A stretch of 64,000 nucleotides of DNA from Candidatus Freyarchaeum deiterrae (GTDB taxonomy: Archaea > Asgardarchaeota > Jordiarchaeia > Jordiarchaeales > Jordiarchaeaceae): positions 224,001-288,000 of the forward strand of contig CP147778.1 of the NCBI GenBank assembly GCA_037305845.1, in the 5' to 3' direction. The notes beneath the pieces were generated by a model. That model did no database searches. It was not told the origin of the DNA and worked only from the letters and a program-made list of their open reading frames with translations. Numbering within the stretch: the stretch's first letter is position 1; every line of letters begins with the position of its first letter. This document shows positions 43,601 to 52,317 of the stretch, in pieces. The translations under genes were made by a program, and so were the position numbers.

Positions 43601-43929
43601 CTGTAATAAGGTGCTCCTCAGCCAGCCGTGCGTATGAAGAGTGGTTAGAGGAGCGAATGAAGACTGTCACAGGGGAAAGTAGTGGAGACCTGAAAGAAAG
43701 GCTGACGAAATTTCTAGATAAATGGATTGATTGGGTCGATTTAGTAGGGAAAGAACTATGTTATGAAAAAGGCCAGTACGGTCAGTGCAGAAACTACCTA
43801 TTGAGGAGAATAGACGATGTCCGTCAACCGGAAGACGGAGGCCTTAAAAAATTGACCCCTACCTCAATGAGGAACGTTGAGCAACAAGTGCCGTTACATA
43901 GGGTGAAAATACCAAGGTCGGGAAGGTGA
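40591..43929 (+). CDS. drmA: DISARM helicase DrmA
   Basis: Motifs WRPFQIAF, PTGGGKTEAYLG, RYTLRLLTIQQFQRA, CPWCG, IQDELHL, SEYIQSTGRVGR. Confidence 0.93.
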   Translation: MVRRYELTKAEVRKQLVKNLERDLLGPKKGPDEEFMELPTQRYVIGILFPSSTPIGPEQDINNPPEGEDDEEYSPMYRTPLENELRPSSMGMSFIVDKNITSLPVEIRWATYIQKEEYGSFRRCEHTVSMELDVSADDLKGDEPLYRKDMADAKEFRVFWRTYRGEKEDRPVSVFLWNKETTSSNKAELSQRCMFSPSIRIEFKDRFIIARKRMTIASEEEDLKSLNLLYHDRHEFGVGHGCSIMWMDVQGNRCGLIETTFMPTYHWQPLSFREEEYPFYMKNMSEKKRKEQIQEELELLKSYEEWISGTFSEVEKNQLEPMFHETFDRHKNECMTSLVRIKKGIELLEDDQVFNAFCFMNEAMFLQRAYYDAAVEYRKEGKKFKDPSLTDSKVIAKHRWRPFQIAFILQAIPGIVNPNDDDRKIVDLLWIPTGGGKTEAYLGLAAFTMAYRRLKSKALEDYAGVSVMMRYTLRLLTIQQFQRAGALMCACEAIRDKNKAKWGEIPFLVGLFVGQSTTPNIIGKKNDYVKYNEDGWKNKNCEDTAYYALEYWKKEHQKPTGSNPFQLLYCPWCGEELTEKSYTIDDEKQNVITHCVRDGCLFKLLEIPAITVDEDVYNRLPSMVIGTVDKFAMLPFSPKIGKMFGHVDRYCPTHGFLCRTENHSDSHKSGVQVRSIRNPLNPPNLIIQDELHLINGPLGSMVGIYESTVDRLCSRNIGTVIVKPKVIASTATIRRARDQVWNIFARDVKRFPAPGTEFSDSFFVKEVQDDNNAKQFIGVFPSGIGQKTVMKRTLSSLLLSALEFNKKGSPVEDWDEYWTLVSYFNSIRELGSAKTTIEDDVNSAVKERRKILPIDELTSRINSKDLPSILAKLNIRGDTDKAVNILACSNMFSVGVDVQRLGLMVMNNQPKATSEYIQSTGRVGRNKSGLVIVLYNWVRPRDQSHYERFYDYHNRIQSYVEAMTVTPFSEGASERALHAQYVSMIRILSDAQLSRQSEAGNFNSVIRCSSASRAYEEWLEERMKTVTGESSGDLKERLTKFLDKWIDWVDLVGKELCYEKGQYGQCRNYLLRRIDDVRQPEDGGLKKLTPTSMRNVEQQVPLHRVKIPRSGR

Positions 43930-45680
43930 TTTTTATTAACGAGATGAGACCAAGCAAATTGATAATGACCTTTGGACCTGGATCTATAGTCGATTTTCCA
44001 GATAGGGAATCTTACATCGTGATGGGACCAGATTATTGGAAGTCACATGAAACGATACAAGAACCTAGACTTGCTAAGAAATTGGATTGCGACCATTTTG
44101 GTTCGCCCCAAAAGAGATGGGACGACAAATCCCATTTTTTTGTGGGCATCGCCGTCCGTGATTTCCCTCATATGAGGGTATGTCCATCTTGCGGTAAGCT
44201 TTCATATGAGTTCCGTTGCAAGGATTGTAAGGGATCTGAAGATGAAAAAGGCCCTAAGACGATGCCTCCGAGACTCGTCGCCGCTTGTAAGGGTGGTCAT
44301 ATCCAAGATTTTCCATGGAAAGCGTGGTGCGGTTGCACTTGCAACCGTAATGATGCACGGTTGTTCCTAATCGGAGAGAGTATAGAGGCGGAAGGTTCGG
44401 ATTTGAAAGTCGTATGTAAAAATTGTAGGAGCGAGAGGAATTTGATGCTGGCACTAGGGCAGTTGAAATACAGTTGCAATGGGGAACGGCCGTGGTTAGG
44501 CGATGAAGAGACCTGTTCGGAAAAACTATATGGGCTGATGAGAGGGGCGAGCAATGTTTACTTCCCAGTGATTGAGAGCTCTTTAAGCATACCACCTTAC
44601 TCAACAGAGATACATAAGGATGTAGAAAAGCATATGGACGCTGCTAGGGCAAACTGGGTTAACAATAACATTAAAGGGTACATCGAAAATAATGATGAAC
44701 TGAAAAAGTACATCGAAGATGGGAAATACACCGAAAATCAACTTATAAGGGCTTTCGGCGAGAAATTTGGAGGGCCTTCCTCCATCGATATAAAAGGGGA
44801 GGAGTGGGACCGGCTCGTTCACGATGTAAAATACGGTCCAAACGATGATTTCCAGACAAAAAGTATTGACATAACCGGCTCCAATCTCGATAAATGGTTC
44901 GCCCGCATCGTACTTGTTACAAAACTGCGCGAGGTCGTCGCAGTGACTGGTTTCAATAGAGTGGAACCAAACAATCCTGACACGAAACAAAAATTGAGGA
45001 TGGAGATGGAGAACTGGTCGGATTTCCTTAATAATCATCCGGATATAAGTCCTAGTCTGGACATCGAAATATCTAGAAATTGGCTACCAGGTGTAGAACT
45101 GTTCGGTGAAGGTATCTTCTTCAAGTTTAAAGAGTCCATGGTCAATAGATGGAATGGTGACTCAGCTAATATTAAACGTTGCAAACGGATAATCTCGCAG
45201 CCGAAACAACCCTTCAAAAAGGAAGGAGTAGACCTCACCGACGAGCGGACAATCCTTGTGCATACCTTCGCTCACCAGTTCATTCGTCAAATATCACTAG
45301 AATGCGGTTATTCTATGGCGTCTCTAAAGGAAAGACTTTATGTTAGGAGAAGTGATGAAAGGGACATGTGCGGTGTCCTTATTTACACAGCCTCGTCAGA
45401 TAGTGAAGGAACCCTAGGTGGACTAGTAGCACAAGCAAAGGACAGCAGAACCCTTCTTGGTCATATCTCAAGTATAATCGATTCCGTAAGGTTTTGTTCT
45501 CAAGATCCATTATGCGGAACACATGAACCGACCACTACGAAAAACCCATGGGGAGCCTCATGCCATTCATGTTCCCAATTGCCTGAGACCTCCTGCGAGG
45601 GACTACAGAACAAACTATTAGACCGTTTCACATTGATAAGCAATGATGAAGTGACGGGATATTTCGATGACAGTCTATAA
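43926..45680 (+). CDS. drmB: DISARM DUF1998 protein DrmB
   Basis: Motifs RPSKLIMTFGPGS, C..GHIQDFPW, RGASNVYF, HTFAH...ECGYS..SLKERLY, CSQDPLC...CHSC...ETSCE; GTGA overlap with drmA. Confidence 0.93.
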   Translation: MIFINEMRPSKLIMTFGPGSIVDFPDRESYIVMGPDYWKSHETIQEPRLAKKLDCDHFGSPQKRWDDKSHFFVGIAVRDFPHMRVCPSCGKLSYEFRCKDCKGSEDEKGPKTMPPRLVAACKGGHIQDFPWKAWCGCTCNRNDARLFLIGESIEAEGSDLKVVCKNCRSERNLMLALGQLKYSCNGERPWLGDEETCSEKLYGLMRGASNVYFPVIESSLSIPPYSTEIHKDVEKHMDAARANWVNNNIKGYIENNDELKKYIEDGKYTENQLIRAFGEKFGGPSSIDIKGEEWDRLVHDVKYGPNDDFQTKSIDITGSNLDKWFARIVLVTKLREVVAVTGFNRVEPNNPDTKQKLRMEMENWSDFLNNHPDISPSLDIEISRNWLPGVELFGEGIFFKFKESMVNRWNGDSANIKRCKRIISQPKQPFKKEGVDLTDERTILVHTFAHQFIRQISLECGYSMASLKERLYVRRSDERDMCGVLIYTASSDSEGTLGGLVAQAKDSRTLLGHISSIIDSVRFCSQDPLCGTHEPTTTKNPWGASCHSCSQLPETSCEGLQNKLLDRFTLISNDEVTGYFDDSL

Positions 45681-46458
45681 AAGAACATCATTGGAAAGGT
45701 TAGCTGATTTGGCAACCAAGATAAAGATAACTCTATCCCCTGAGAAAACCACGATGTTCTTGAAGATGTTGGAAGAAAGAGGCTTCACACATCCGACATC
45801 ATTCGATATAGATAGACTAGGTCTCCCGCCAAACAAAGCTGATTTGTTAAAAAGGTACATCGGAAGCATTGAGAAAAAGGAAGAATTAATTGCAATCTCA
45901 TTATCCCTTTTAGATGACACAAAATCAGAGTCCTCATCCCCAATGGAAGTATGTTGGACAGGTCCTTCAGAAAATCGGCATATACGCATGACATGGCCTG
46001 CTCTTTCGGAGATGCTGTTATCTGCTGAGAAAAGCATACTTATAATCGGTTATGCAATCAACGCCAACATGAGAAGCTTAATGGACTATCTGGAAGAGAA
46101 ATCTAAATCCGGTGTGAGGCTGGTTTTTATGATGGATAGATTGAAAGAGAAAGAGGATTTCCTTTGCTGGGCCAAGGGGCTACCTCAACCACCAGAACTC
46201 TATGATAGACCCGAAGACCCAGAAGACCCTATGTCCGCGCTTCACGTCAAATGCGTGGTTGTCGACGAGAAAGTAGCTATGTTCGGATCAGCGAACTTAA
46301 CATATCATGGCATGAAGGGAAATATAGAGTTAGGTCTAGTATTACACGATGAGAAAATCGTCAAAAACATAGTAGATTTATTAGAGGGGTTAAAAAAGGA
46401 ACTGGTCAGATTCAACCTGTCCGAATATAGAGCGAACAGCAATGTTGGAAATAGTTGA
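45667..46458 (+). CDS. drmC: DISARM phospholipase-D nuclease DrmC
   Basis: WTGP, a single HKD motif LHVKCVVVD, GSANLT..G...NIELG; overlaps drmB. Confidence 0.92.
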   Translation: MTVYKRTSLERLADLATKIKITLSPEKTTMFLKMLEERGFTHPTSFDIDRLGLPPNKADLLKRYIGSIEKKEELIAISLSLLDDTKSESSSPMEVCWTGPSENRHIRMTWPALSEMLLSAEKSILIIGYAINANMRSLMDYLEEKSKSGVRLVFMMDRLKEKEDFLCWAKGLPQPPELYDRPEDPEDPMSALHVKCVVVDEKVAMFGSANLTYHGMKGNIELGLVLHDEKIVKNIVDLLEGLKKELVRFNLSEYRANSNVGNS

Positions 46459-46569
46459 AAGGAAAAAAGCGATTTCAGCGTTCAACAGACTTGGCAAATA
46501 GACATTGAGAAGGATTGTCAGGAGACACACACAGAAAAAACGCATTACGAATTTGTAAAAGTTGCTGAA

Positions 46570-46770
46570 TTAGTTTGTATAGTTGTTATTTGTAGTTTTC
46601 TTTTTGTTTTTGTTATTTATTTGGATGTCTGGACTAGTTTCGATTATTGCCCTTACTTTTTTCTTATCTGAACGATGTTTACGTTTGTTTTTATTTTTTC
46701 CTTCGATTATTTTTATTGTGGTTGCGTTTGCAATTTTTGGTAAGCATCTCTTGGGAAATTTAATAAGATA
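46570..46770 (-). pseudogene. Degenerate copy of the 3' end of the PIN-domain gene (47621-47825)
   Basis: IANATTIKI...KVRAIIETSPDIQI is shared with the C-terminus of 47621-49366; frameshifting indels present. Confidence 0.85.
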
Positions 46771-46946
46771 AAAAGCCGCAAAAAGTTTGCCTCTACATTT
46801 TAGAAGAAGAAACAGTTTAGCACTTTTTTCTGTGTAGCAGAGAATAAAAGTAATATTAAAATCGGCGAAATACAATAGATAATATTATTGAATGTTAGTA
46901 GTTTATGAGCATTAAAATCATTGAAGACAAATAAAGAGGTATCAAT

Positions 46947-47576
46947 ATGAAAAACGAGGAGAGAGCAGAAGAAAAAAGAAAAGAAATAGTGGATATTTTA
47001 AATGATGCCCTTAAAAACCATATTACTCAATATATGAAAGATAATTCAAATTTGCGTATTGAAGATATATCCTCAAGAATAACAAATAACTTTGTGAGAA
47101 TAACTTCTCCTGAGTCAGATGATAAAATTTATTTGATTACTGAGAGAATGATGGGTAGAGGAGGAGGCAGAAGCGTAAAACCAGGAAATATTTTTTTAAA
47201 CTGGAAAAAGCTCATAGTAGTTCTTTCTGAAAGCTTTCTGACAATTTTTGGAGCCATTCAAATGCCACTCTTAATTCCATTTGCATGTCTTGTCGTTTGG
47301 GATAAACTTTATTCTTTATCAAATATTCCGATTTCAGAAAAACACGCTGCTGTTATTTATGTTATGTGGAAAAATCGGGATGAAAAACAATGCATCAGAG
47401 AAGACTTGATTTTAAATTATATAAACACAGAACTATCTAAATTTAATCTCCCTACGATGAGCCAAGAAGAACTAAACCAGATATTGAAAGATTTAGAAAA
47501 AATGAAAAGCATTGAAAAAAGTAAAAGTGATAGAAATAAATGGTGGTTACGAGAATGGGTTAGGGTTGAATACTAG
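46947..47576 (+). CDS. AT-rich hypothetical protein with a hydrophobic segment and possible C-terminal winged helix
   Basis: 209-aa ORF with GAGGT RBS; hydrophobic LIVVLSESFLTIFGAIQMPLLIPFACLVVW; ELNQILKDLEKMKSIEK...WWLRE tail. Confidence 0.75.
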   Translation: MKNEERAEEKRKEIVDILNDALKNHITQYMKDNSNLRIEDISSRITNNFVRITSPESDDKIYLITERMMGRGGGRSVKPGNIFLNWKKLIVVLSESFLTIFGAIQMPLLIPFACLVVWDKLYSLSNIPISEKHAAVIYVMWKNRDEKQCIREDLILNYINTELSKFNLPTMSQEELNQILKDLEKMKSIEKSKSDRNKWWLREWVRVEY

Positions 47577-47620
47577 TAGCTATGAAAAAAGCTTTAATTT
47601 AAGAAAGCCGCTATCTCGGT

Positions 47621-49366
47621 TTATTTTGTTGGTGTTGTTGTTATTTGTATTTTTCTTTTAGTTGTCGTTATTTGTATGTCTGGGCTTGTTTCTATTATTG
47701 CTCTTACTTTGTTTTCTCTTGTCTGTGTGATGTTCTGGTTTGTTTTTATTTTTCCTTTGGTTATTTTTATGGTTGTTGCGTTTGCTATTTCTGGTGTGCA
47801 TTTTTTGGGTAGGCGTATTAGTAGTGCTGATTTTAGTGCTGGGTGCCATGCTTTTACTTGTATTTCGTTTTGTTGTTGTGTGGTTTGTAGTATGTACATG
47901 GGTTGGCAGTATGGTTTGGGGCATTCTTCGATTGGGGTGAGGGTTTCTATTCTTAGGGCTTTGTCTAGTGGTGATTTTGTTTGGTTTCGGAGTTCTTCTT
48001 CTGGGAGGGTTTCTTTTAGTTTTTTCATGGTGGTTTCTGTTGCTTCTTCGTCTTCTTGTAGTCTGCAATAGTTCAGGAGGCAGTGTGCTGCTTCTGTTTT
48101 TGTGATTTGTGTTGTTTCTAGTTCTAGTATGGCTTCGAGTATTTGGGGTGGGTGTTCTGTGTTTCCGAGTGTGTGGAGGTCTTGTACTGTGTTTAGTAGG
48201 TATTGTGTGTCTGCGTCTGGTGGTAGGGGTTCTCCTTTTGCTGCTTTTATTAGGTTTTGTATTTGTTTGAGTGTGTTTGTTGTTGGTTTTGTTGTTGTTT
48301 GTTGTTGTAGTATTTGGTTTATTGTGTTTTCGGCTTTTTCTATTTCTTTGTTTGCGAGTTGGAGTACTGCTGCTAGTGCTAGGGTGCTTTCTAGGTTTTC
48401 TATGGTGTGGGCGTGGTATAGTCCGAGGGCGTTTGTTATGTTGGTGAGTGCTTTTTGGACTTCTCCCTGTTCTAGGTTTTTCGCTGCTGCTCTTATTTGG
48501 GCTTGGAACATTTCTTGTTGAATGATTAGTACGAGCGATAGGTGGAATTCGGGTCTTAGTTGATTTTCTTTTAGTGTTAGTTGCCATGCGATTTCTATTG
48601 ATAGGTTTTCCAGTTCGTTGGGTTCTCCTATTTGGTTTAGTTTTTTTAGGAGGTTTGGGATTGGTTGAAATATGTTTAGCTCTTTTTCCTCTTCTCTATC
48701 GGTTTCTTCTCCCATTATGATTTTTTGTAGGGCTTGGGTGATTCGGGGTGGGAGTGTGGGTACTTGTTGTTCTGTCTGCTGTAGTATTTGTCGGGTTGTT
48801 TCCAGTATTTTTTGGACTATTGGTGAAATGGAGCGTCCAGATCTCGCGCGCCACTGGATGAAGTAGCCTGCGGTTCCGGTTGCTGCGAGAAGGAGTTGGT
48901 TTTTTTGGTTTTGGGTGGGTGCCTTTGAGGATAGTATGCTGAGGAAATTGAAGGGTTTGATTACGCGGAGGTTTGGGATTCTCAGATTGTTTGTAACTGT
49001 TTCTTCGATGCCTTGGTCATCGGTTACGATTTGGGTTTCTCCTTGCTCCGATAGTTTTTTTGCGAAGTATACGATTTCGAAGTCGGTGTCGCTTTTATCT
49101 CCTGAGATGTATCCTTTTCTTATGGCTTCATTTTTTATGGTTTTGAATTCCTCGTTGTATCGGTTTACTTGCTCTGATTTGTCTATGAACTGCTTCACCT
49201 TGACCACGGGCAGTCTTCCCTGGTCTACTTCATCTAGGACTGACTTGGTGGTGTAGATGTTCATGTTGTTTTCCTGTTTGATTATGTTTCTTATGTCTGA
49301 GAGTTGGTTTATGTTATTGGTGTTCTCGAGAGCCATGAAGAAGTTTGCGTCGAAAACTAGGTTCAA
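47621..49366 (-). CDS. PIN-domain protein with TPR-like helical region
   Basis: PIN acidic motifs VFDANF, SVLDEV, SDTDFEI, IVTDDQGI, followed by helical repeats. Confidence 0.8.
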   Translation of the reverse strand: MNLVFDANFFMALENTNNINQLSDIRNIIKQENNMNIYTTKSVLDEVDQGRLPVVKVKQFIDKSEQVNRYNEEFKTIKNEAIRKGYISGDKSDTDFEIVYFAKKLSEQGETQIVTDDQGIEETVTNNLRIPNLRVIKPFNFLSILSSKAPTQNQKNQLLLAATGTAGYFIQWRARSGRSISPIVQKILETTRQILQQTEQQVPTLPPRITQALQKIIMGEETDREEEKELNIFQPIPNLLKKLNQIGEPNELENLSIEIAWQLTLKENQLRPEFHLSLVLIIQQEMFQAQIRAAAKNLEQGEVQKALTNITNALGLYHAHTIENLESTLALAAVLQLANKEIEKAENTINQILQQQTTTKPTTNTLKQIQNLIKAAKGEPLPPDADTQYLLNTVQDLHTLGNTEHPPQILEAILELETTQITKTEAAHCLLNYCRLQEDEEATETTMKKLKETLPEEELRNQTKSPLDKALRIETLTPIEECPKPYCQPMYILQTTQQQNEIQVKAWHPALKSALLIRLPKKCTPEIANATTIKITKGKIKTNQNITQTRENKVRAIIETSPDIQITTTKRKIQITTTPTK

Positions 49367-49463
49367 GGTAATTAATCTCCTCCTAGAAGAATTATTTTGT
49401 ATTTCATTTCTATTTCTTAAGCTTAGCTCGGGCTTAAAGCCTGGTTTTTTCTTGAAAATCAGC

Positions 49464-49795
49464 TTATATTCTGAATATTTTCTCTAATTTTCTGTTAACT
49501 TCCTTTTTGAGCTCTTGCCCCGCTTCGCCGATTTCTCCAATTACAAACTCTTTTAAAATTGTTGTAACTTTATCGAGCCTTATAATCGAATCTACTTTTA
49601 AGCCGGTTAGTTTGAATTCTGGATGATTCTCTCTGTGACAACAATATCTCCAGATAATGGAGTGTCAGGAACTCTTGATGAGATGAAGGCAACTACTACG
49701 TCCTTTGTTCCTTCATGGATTACTAGAGCAGGTCTCAATTTTGCCGTAGTTAGATCTGTGAAGGGGAAGGGGACGAGAACGATTTTGCCTTTCAT
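49464..49795 (-). pseudogene. mazF: MazF/PemK toxin, frameshifted
   Basis: GKIVLVPFPFTDL..AKLRPALVI in one frame; NHPEFKLTGLKVDSIIRLDKVTT...KLEKIFRI* in another; shift at ACAGAGAGAAT near 49630; total 332 nt. Confidence 0.9.
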
Positions 49796-49977
49796 TGGTA
49801 TCTAACCTTTAGATCTTCAACTCTGTAGATGTCCGGTTCACTTTCGAGGAATTTTAATGATTTCTCAGAAATTCGCATCATTGACATGATTTCTCTCTCG
49901 TAGAGGAGCTCGTCGAGCTTTTTTGATATTTCGATTATTTGCTTTCTTATCTCGCTCAATTCAGCTTCAACGTTCAT
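49792..49977 (-). CDS. Putative antitoxin of the MazF-like toxin
   Basis: ATGA overlap with mazF; tail SEKSLKFLESEPDIYRVEDLK. Confidence 0.75.
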   Translation of the reverse strand: MNVEAELSEIRKQIIEISKKLDELLYEREIMSMMRISEKSLKFLESEPDIYRVEDLKVRYQ

Positions 49978-50225
49978 AATTTAAAATGAGGAGGGCAATT
50001 ATTAATTCTTTCTCCTACTTCTACATTTTTTTAACTGCTTGTGTTTAATATCTTAAATTGTTCTGCTTTTCTTTATTGTAAAATGTGATAATCGAAGTCT
50101 AGAACCAGTTTCTTCGTTTTGACTCGCTGGTTGCAGTGACCAGTCTGCGTGGTGGTGCTGGACTGTGCTTCCTTTGTTCTTCTAGGAAAATCTGAAATAT
50201 GGGGAGTGTGTGAATACTTTGAGAA

Positions 50226-50669
50226 GTGATAAGTTTGAGTTATGAACCGCATGGAAATGAGTATATTGAGATGTACGGCGCTTTAGCGAAACGGTTTGTT
50301 TCCATAGATGGTCAGGGAGAAGTTAGTATTATTGTTGAGGGAAGCGATGAGGAAAGGATTTTATTGTATCTGATTGGAAAATTGTATGCTTTAAAGGATG
50401 GTTTAGTGCCTTCTGCGTTTGTGGACAGCTCAGAGTTTATGGAGAAATTAGGTATTCCTGAGGATTCTCTTGTGGAACTGTTGAAAGAACTTGGTAATAA
50501 GCAGCTGATAAGCGAGAATAGAATGGTTAGTAGGATGGGTAGAAGGGGCAGGAAGAGTAGGAAGGGTATGGGTGAGGGTAGAACGGTTTACTATGGTATA
50601 ATTGTCGATAAGCTTGAGCCGGTACTTAAAATGATAGAAGCGAGACTTTCTGGAAGTGAGGATGATTAG
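50226..50669 (+). CDS. Hypothetical winged-helix-like protein
   Basis: ERILLYLIGK...EFMEKLGIPEDSLVELLKEL..KQLI pattern. Confidence 0.6.
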   Translation: MISLSYEPHGNEYIEMYGALAKRFVSIDGQGEVSIIVEGSDEERILLYLIGKLYALKDGLVPSAFVDSSEFMEKLGIPEDSLVELLKELGNKQLISENRMVSRMGRRGRKSRKGMGEGRTVYYGIIVDKLEPVLKMIEARLSGSEDD

Positions 50670-50695
50670 AAGCATTTTGGAAGCCGGAGTGGCTA

Positions 50696-50871
50696 TTTAA
50701 GAAGCGGACTACGATCTCTCTCTCTCTCTCTTTCTGATGCTATTAAAAAGGAGTTGTTGCGGGAGATGGCTAGGTTACAGTTGAAGTGGGGGAGAAAGGT
50801 GGATTTTGAGGATGTTATAATGAACCTGGTTCTTCAGGGAAGAAGAAGGCCTGAACTATTGGAAGAGGCTT
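50696..50871 (+). pseudogene. VapB-like RHH antitoxin remnant, frameshifted in a (TC)8 tract and cut by a mini-element
   Basis: KKRTTISL / LSDAIKKELLREMARLQLKWGRKVDFEDVI...RRPELLEEA split across frames at 50715-50730; ends at the element boundary 50872. Confidence 0.65.
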
Positions 50872-51086
50872 CTGACATACTCCCCACCTTGAAAGGTTGG
50901 GGGTTCTACACTTCTGTTGTTAGAAGTGTGGGGGGCGTGTCACCGCCCGGTTAATGGCTTCCGCACCTTCTTCTTCGTCGGGTGAGCAAGCCCTATTATT
51001 TTTTTTCCTCTTTTTTCGGTATTTAAACTCCAAGCAATTCATTCCCGCCTTAAAGGGACCGGGGCTTTCTTGCCAATCATCTTTAG
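50872..51086 (-). mobile_element. Non-autonomous IS200/IS605-family mini-element, copy 1, with omega-RNA-like scaffold
   Basis: Minus strand: TTAC target, left end with AAAG and subterminal hairpin, TTTAAATA, structured region, GAAC-CCCCAACC-TTTCAA-GGTGGGG hairpin, terminal TCAG. No ORF. Confidence 0.85.
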
Positions 51087-51227
51087 GTAATTAAAAATTC
51101 AGGGTGCTTCTTACCTATTTCTTGAACGAAGGGAATTCATAAAGTCTATAATAATTTCAGATTTCTTGGTTTCAAATTAACTCTTCATGTGTTTCTTGTC
51201 GCTCTTTTACTTCTTCTTCTTTAATGC

Positions 51228-51599
51228 TTAGGGGTCATGAATTTCGAAATGTAAGTTTTTGCCATCCAAGACGATTTTAAAATTATTTAATATGTCTCTT
51301 CCAATAATTACTTCGTCTTGAGGTAATGCCACAACTTCTATAAACTCGAGCAAGAAATTGTTGAAATCTACATTAATATAGTAGGTCCATTCTTTAACTA
51401 GCCTTCCATAGACATCAATGTAATCTTTTTTTCTAACTTTTTGCAGACCGAGTTCAGCTATTAAGTTACTCGGAATGGCGGTGTCATCTGCACCTGTATC
51501 TAGGATTCCGTAATATTGTACATTATTACCAGAGATTGGGTTAAATATTGTCACTTTGATAGTTGGGGCTGGTGGATCTTTTATTGTGTCATATTTCAA
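51228..51599 (-). CDS. Retropepsin-like (clan AA) aspartyl protease
   Basis: Motifs GILDTGADDT and IIGRDILN. Confidence 0.9.
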   Translation of the reverse strand: MKYDTIKDPPAPTIKVTIFNPISGNNVQYYGILDTGADDTAIPSNLIAELGLQKVRKKDYIDVYGRLVKEWTYYINVDFNNFLLEFIEVVALPQDEVIIGRDILNNFKIVLDGKNLHFEIHDP

Positions 51600-51600
51600 A

Positions 51601-51858
51601 TTAGAGTCTCCTTGGGGCTGGCAGTCTAGCGGGTTTTTTTCCGTTTACTTTGTCCATGTAGATTGGGAGATAGCCATATTTTGTGTAGACTCTTTTTGCA
51701 AGTCTTATCTTATCCTCATCTGAGTCAATCACTTTTTCATTTAAAATAGCCACGTATTTACCCTTATACTTGTTGAGGAGACCCGTTTCTTGCATCTTCT
51801 CGAAGGCAAGTCTTTCCTTTTCAATATTTTGTAAACTTGTATCCACATTCTCTTTCAT
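51601..51858 (-). CDS. DUF5678-family protein
   Basis: LLNKYKGKYVAILNEKVIDSDED; directly upstream of the aspartyl protease. Confidence 0.8.
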   Translation of the reverse strand: MKENVDTSLQNIEKERLAFEKMQETGLLNKYKGKYVAILNEKVIDSDEDKIRLAKRVYTKYGYLPIYMDKVNGKKPARLPAPRRL

Positions 51859-52098
51859 AGAATATTCCTCGGGAAATTTATAAGAGGCGTCAACATAACT
51901 GCGCAAATAATTCAAATACTTTAATCCTTTTCCTTAATTCGGAGCCAGAAAGTTGCAAGTGATTCCTAGTTAGGATAAAGATGCGAATTCATTCTCAAAG
52001 GATGAACTAAAACCTGACTCTGATATAATAAATCGCGCCTCAAGTCTTTTTTTATTTATCGTATAGATAAAAGTTTTGTGTTCTGCATTTCTTAATAG

Positions 52099-52317
52099 CT
52101 GACATACTCCCCTCCTTGAAAGGTTGGGGGTTCTACACTTCTATGTTATTGTTGTTAGAAGTGTGGGGGGCGTGTCACCGCCCGGTTAATGGCTTCCGCA
52201 CCTTCTTCTTCGTCGGGTGAGCAAGCCCTATTATTTTTTTTCCTCTTTTTTCGGTATTTAAACTCCATGCAATTCTTCCCCGCCCTAAGGGGACCGGGGC
52301 TTGCTAATCATCTTTAG
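52099..52317 (-). mobile_element. IS200/IS605-family mini-element, copy 2
   Basis: Near-identical to copy 1 with the same TTAC/TCAG boundaries; small insertion in one loop and a 4-nt deletion at the left-end AAAG. Confidence 0.85.

Noticed and set aside
25000-47600. Provirus or integrative element carrying the defence island
   Set aside because: No integrase, capsid, replication gene, tRNA or matching att pair seen.
47658-48587. 309-aa Thr/Arg/Asn/Lys-rich alternative-frame ORF, and similar ones at 52463-52801 and 17364-17759
   Set aside because: Shadow ORFs produced by extreme A/C skew that removes stop codons; they overlap well-supported genes.
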